This document shows, piece by piece, positions 55,006 through 57,950 of a DNA stretch of 57,950 bases. The translations under genes and the position numbers were made by a program. The notes under the pieces were generated by a model. The model did no database searches. It was not told where the DNA came from and saw only the letters and a list, made by a program, of their open reading frames with translations. The stretch lies in IMG/VR virus record IMGVR_UViG_3300042879_003295, positions 1 through 57,950 of that record; one strand, 5' to 3'. Positions within the stretch are counted from its first letter, which is position 1. Every line of letters begins with the position of its first letter. This DNA is from a virus (lineage: Duplodnaviria; Caudoviricetes).

Positions 55006-55640
55006 TATACCCTCAATGGTTTCCAGAAATTTTTATGTGGTTGAAACAATTCGTGTGTAGGATAAGAGGTTAAAGGTTGATCAGTTCCATTCGAGCTGGT
55101 CTGATAGAACATAGGATCATCAAAAGCATATACATTATAATACTTTTGCACTTCAGCAAATCCAATATCCTGATGATCTGAAATCTCATATCCGTGATAT
55201 GCAATTTTCTTACAAAGAGAAGCATACTCTGGATTAATATAAAGAATTGCATGAGCACCCAACATATTGTAAACCCTAAGTAATTCAGAATCAACCTTTT
55301 GATACTGAACGAAAGGTCCAGAATGAGCATTCATTCTTCCCCAAGAAGAAATGCCAAGATAGAGTGCATCAGCATCGTCGGGGATCTCAATCTCAGGTCT
55401 AAAGTTCTTAACTACACAATCATCCTCAAAAACAATAAAGGGAGGATCGATCTCGTCAAGTGCAGTAAAATGAGATAAAGAACATCCTGCCAAATGTGCA
55501 TCAGGAAAAACGAAACCCTCCACACGAATGATCGTCTCAAATCCAAGATCGGATAGCATTTTCTGCATCCGATCATTCTTCTCAGTGTCCCTAGCAAGAT
55601 TAATGTAAACTGCGGGGATCTTTTTGACCTCTAAGCGCAT
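55002..55640 (-). CDS. Glycosyltransferase family 25-like
   Basis: YINL, GC.LSH, VFEDD, HAILY. Confidence 0.7.
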   Translation of the reverse strand: MRLEVKKIPAVYINLARDTEKNDRMQKMLSDLGFETIIRVEGFVFPDAHLAGCSLSHFTALDEIDPPFIVFEDDCVVKNFRPEIEIPDDADALYLGISSWGRMNAHSGPFVQYQKVDSELLRVYNMLGAHAILYINPEYASLCKKIAYHGYEISDHQDIGFAEVQKYYNVYAFDDPMFYQTSSNGTDQPLTSYPTHELFQPHKNFWKPLRVY

Positions 55641-56319
55641 TGTGATTCTTCTTTAGTGCAACAATTTTAGGATTATAAGGATACTCAACATTTTGCATAA
55701 ACTCCTCCGCATAACAGTATGAAGGAGTCAAACTCAACGTAGGAGGATTATCAATTAAATAACGATTCATTTGTGATTCATCGTGCCACAAAGCAATGAC
55801 ATCGTTCTCAAGATCTTTGGTAACTCGATCAGCAAGAACTTCTGCCATCTCCATAAATCGCTTAGTAGATCCACCGTTAAATCCACCTGCATAATAATTC
55901 TCTGGTTCTTCACCAACAGGAACATAGGCAAGACATTTTGGATTCCTATCGTAAGATCGCTGTTCTTTTGGATAGAATGATTGGTATGGGTGCATCGTTG
56001 CGACAAGATCACTAAGAATCTCATCACCAACTTTAGCAACAATTGCCATATCTACATCAAGATAGAAGCAATAGTCGTGCTCTAAAATCCAATCTTTTTC
56101 TTTTACAAAATAATTAAACCTCTTTAGAGTTGGCATCGGCCAGGGTTCGTGATCGATCTGACAAACCCTAATATTCTCAGAGGTTTCTACATCATGATTA
56201 GTAAAAAGAAGGCAATTAATTTCATGCCCGTTAAGAAAGTTTTCCTCAACATTTTCTAGAAGTCTCTCAACAAAATCAATGTACTTGTTTGTTGCGATAG
56301 TTAAAATACAAATTTTCAT
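55600..56319 (-). CDS. Glycosyltransferase family 6 (alpha-1,3-Gal/GalNAc transferase)
   Basis: IAT.KY, WP..TL.RF, DVD, YYAGGF.GG, WHDES..NRY. Confidence 0.88.
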   Translation of the reverse strand: MKICILTIATNKYIDFVERLLENVEENFLNGHEINCLLFTNHDVETSENIRVCQIDHEPWPMPTLKRFNYFVKEKDWILEHDYCFYLDVDMAIVAKVGDEILSDLVATMHPYQSFYPKEQRSYDRNPKCLAYVPVGEEPENYYAGGFNGGSTKRFMEMAEVLADRVTKDLENDVIALWHDESQMNRYLIDNPPTLSLTPSYCYAEEFMQNVEYPYNPKIVALKKNHNALRGQKDPRSLH

Positions 56320-57119
56320 AGGAACTCAAAGTTGTCAAAAACAACATCATCGATACTCTTATTTACACAGTCACCACCAAACCAATTTTTAGGTCCGATA
56401 GCTTTTTTACTTTTTCCTAACCAAGCACCCCACCAACTAAAAGAACTATTAGCAATTATATGATAATTTGCCAAAGTCATCAAGCAAAGATCAACTTCCG
56501 TTCCATTATTTTCAGAAATAAAGAAGCGGTCTGGAGCGAAAAACTCATGATTTTTGCACCAATCAGTATCATCGGAAAATACCATAACTGGCAAATCCTT
56601 TGGTAGTTTTTCTAGTGCTTTCTGATAATACTCAATAGTTTGAACTGGATGATTAGAATTGCTTACATAATCACCTCTCCGAATATGAAGAGATATAATC
56701 TCGGTATTAGAAAAATTATCAATAAAACACTTACGGCAATCTCTCATTACAGATGCACTAAAAGTGAAATCTTTTCTGATCTCATCTTCGATATGCTTAA
56801 AGTATTTTTCAGTTTGATAATATCCAAATAAATCAACATTATCAGGGCAGTTAATAAAAAGTTCATTATCAAAGGTATGAACTCTTTCCTGAAGAACAGG
56901 ATTTTGGACTAACTGAACATTATTAGTTTTATCTACAGCAAAAACATCGTAAAGAATAACATCAGAATTCTTTACGTTACCATCATTTTGACCAAATACT
57001 TCACGAGGAGGAATCGAAAAATCATATCCTCGATGACTAGCAATACCTTTTAGTGAGGCATACTGAAACATTTGATTGGCAAGTCTACCAAGATTTCCAA
57101 TATTATTAAACGATAGCAT
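56316..57119 (-). CDS. Alpha-1,2-fucosyltransferase (GT11)
   Basis: GRLANQMFQYA, GYYQ..KYF, HIRRGDY, FSDD, NSSFSWWGAWL. Confidence 0.92.
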   Translation of the reverse strand: MLSFNNIGNLGRLANQMFQYASLKGIASHRGYDFSIPPREVFGQNDGNVKNSDVILYDVFAVDKTNNVQLVQNPVLQERVHTFDNELFINCPDNVDLFGYYQTEKYFKHIEDEIRKDFTFSASVMRDCRKCFIDNFSNTEIISLHIRRGDYVSNSNHPVQTIEYYQKALEKLPKDLPVMVFSDDTDWCKNHEFFAPDRFFISENNGTEVDLCLMTLANYHIIANSSFSWWGAWLGKSKKAIGPKNWFGGDCVNKSIDDVVFDNFEFL

Positions 57120-57950
57120 TTTCTTTATACCACTGATAAGTTGTCTCAATACCTTCGTGGAGACCAATTTTTGGTTCCCATCCAAGTGCTTTGATTTTAT
57201 CTACATTCAGAACTTTACGTGGAGTACCATTGGGTTTTGTAGTATCCCAATTAATGTCACGATTATATCCAACAACATCAGCAACAGTTTCAGCAAGTTC
57301 CTTAATTGTCACATCCTCACCTGTACCAACGTTGATATGTTCTGCTTCATTATAGACCTGCATACAAGTATAACACGCTTCTGCAAGATCATCAACGTGC
57401 AGAAACTCTCTCATCGCAGAACCATCACCCCAGAGTTTAACTTCCCAATACTTACTATGGTCAAGAGCAGCGTGAAACTTAGCAATCATCGCTGGAAGAA
57501 CGTGAGATGTCTCCAAATTAAAGTTATCATTGGGACCATAGAGGTTCGTAGGCATCAGGGAGATGGCATTAAACCCGTGCTGCTGGCGATATGCCTGACA
57601 CATCATAATGCCAGCAATCTTTGCAATCGCATAGGCATCGTTCGTAGGTTCCAGAGCACCAGTCATCAACTGGTCTTCGGTGATAGGTTGAGTTGCAAAC
57701 TTAGGATAGATGCAAGATGATCCAAGAAACAACAGTTTCTTTACACCAAAATTATAAGACTGCTGAATAAGATTAGTTTGGATTTGGAGATTCTCAGTCA
57801 GAAAATCTGCCTTGTAGTTATTGTTTGCCATAATACCACCAACTTTGGCAGCGGCAACGAAAACATACTCAGGTTCTTCTGAGCAAAAATACCTTTCGGT
57901 TTCGTCTTGATTCGTAAAATCTACATCATCACGAGTTCCTTTGATGATGT
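57106..57950 (-). CDS. fcl: GDP-L-fucose synthase (5' end beyond the window)
   Basis: AAAKVGG, FLGSSCIYPK, YAIAK, PTNLYGP.DNF, SHVLPA, REFLHVDD. Confidence 0.95.
   Translation of the reverse strand, partial: IIKGTRDDVDFTNQDETERYFCSEEPEYVFVAAAKVGGIMANNNYKADFLTENLQIQTNLIQQSYNFGVKKLLFLGSSCIYPKFATQPITEDQLMTGALEPTNDAYAIAKIAGIMMCQAYRQQHGFNAISLMPTNLYGPNDNFNLETSHVLPAMIAKFHAALDHSKYWEVKLWGDGSAMREFLHVDDLAEACYTCMQVYNEAEHINVGTGEDVTIKELAETVADVVGYNRDINWDTTKPNGTPRKVLNVDKIKALGWEPKIGLHEGIETTYQWYKENAIV

Noticed and set aside
57076-57720. 214-aa plus-strand ORF
   Set aside because: Antisense shadow of GDP-fucose synthase

Overview
A 58-kb AT-rich segment of a T4-like cyanophage (cyanomyovirus) genome, coded mostly on the minus strand. 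In window order it holds: an atypical tRNA-Ile(UAU); tail and baseplate genes (tail-collar fibre, gp5, hub, two tape-measure-like proteins, gp51, gp26, gp4, gp2, gp48, gp53); a replication and late-transcription block (gp32, gp59, gp33, exonuclease, phoH, thyX); an NtcA box plus tandem glutamine-riboswitch module ahead of a DUF4278 peptide; a ~20-kb locus in which a large fibre protein and three Cys/Gly-rich paralogues sit with ADP-heptose enzymes, a GT9-like transferase, two carbamoyltransferases, a flavin halogenase and several 2OG-Fe(II) oxygenases; photosynthesis genes (psbD, psbA, two hli, petF, peroxiredoxin); and a glycan cluster (GT25, GT6, GT11, GDP-fucose synthase, cut by the window edge). 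The main candidates for novelty are the fibre-tailoring locus, a 50-codon ORF nested inside a riboswitch aptamer, a predicted -1 frameshift fusing gp26 to gp51, and the non-canonical tRNA. All calls come from reading motifs by eye; no database searches were run.
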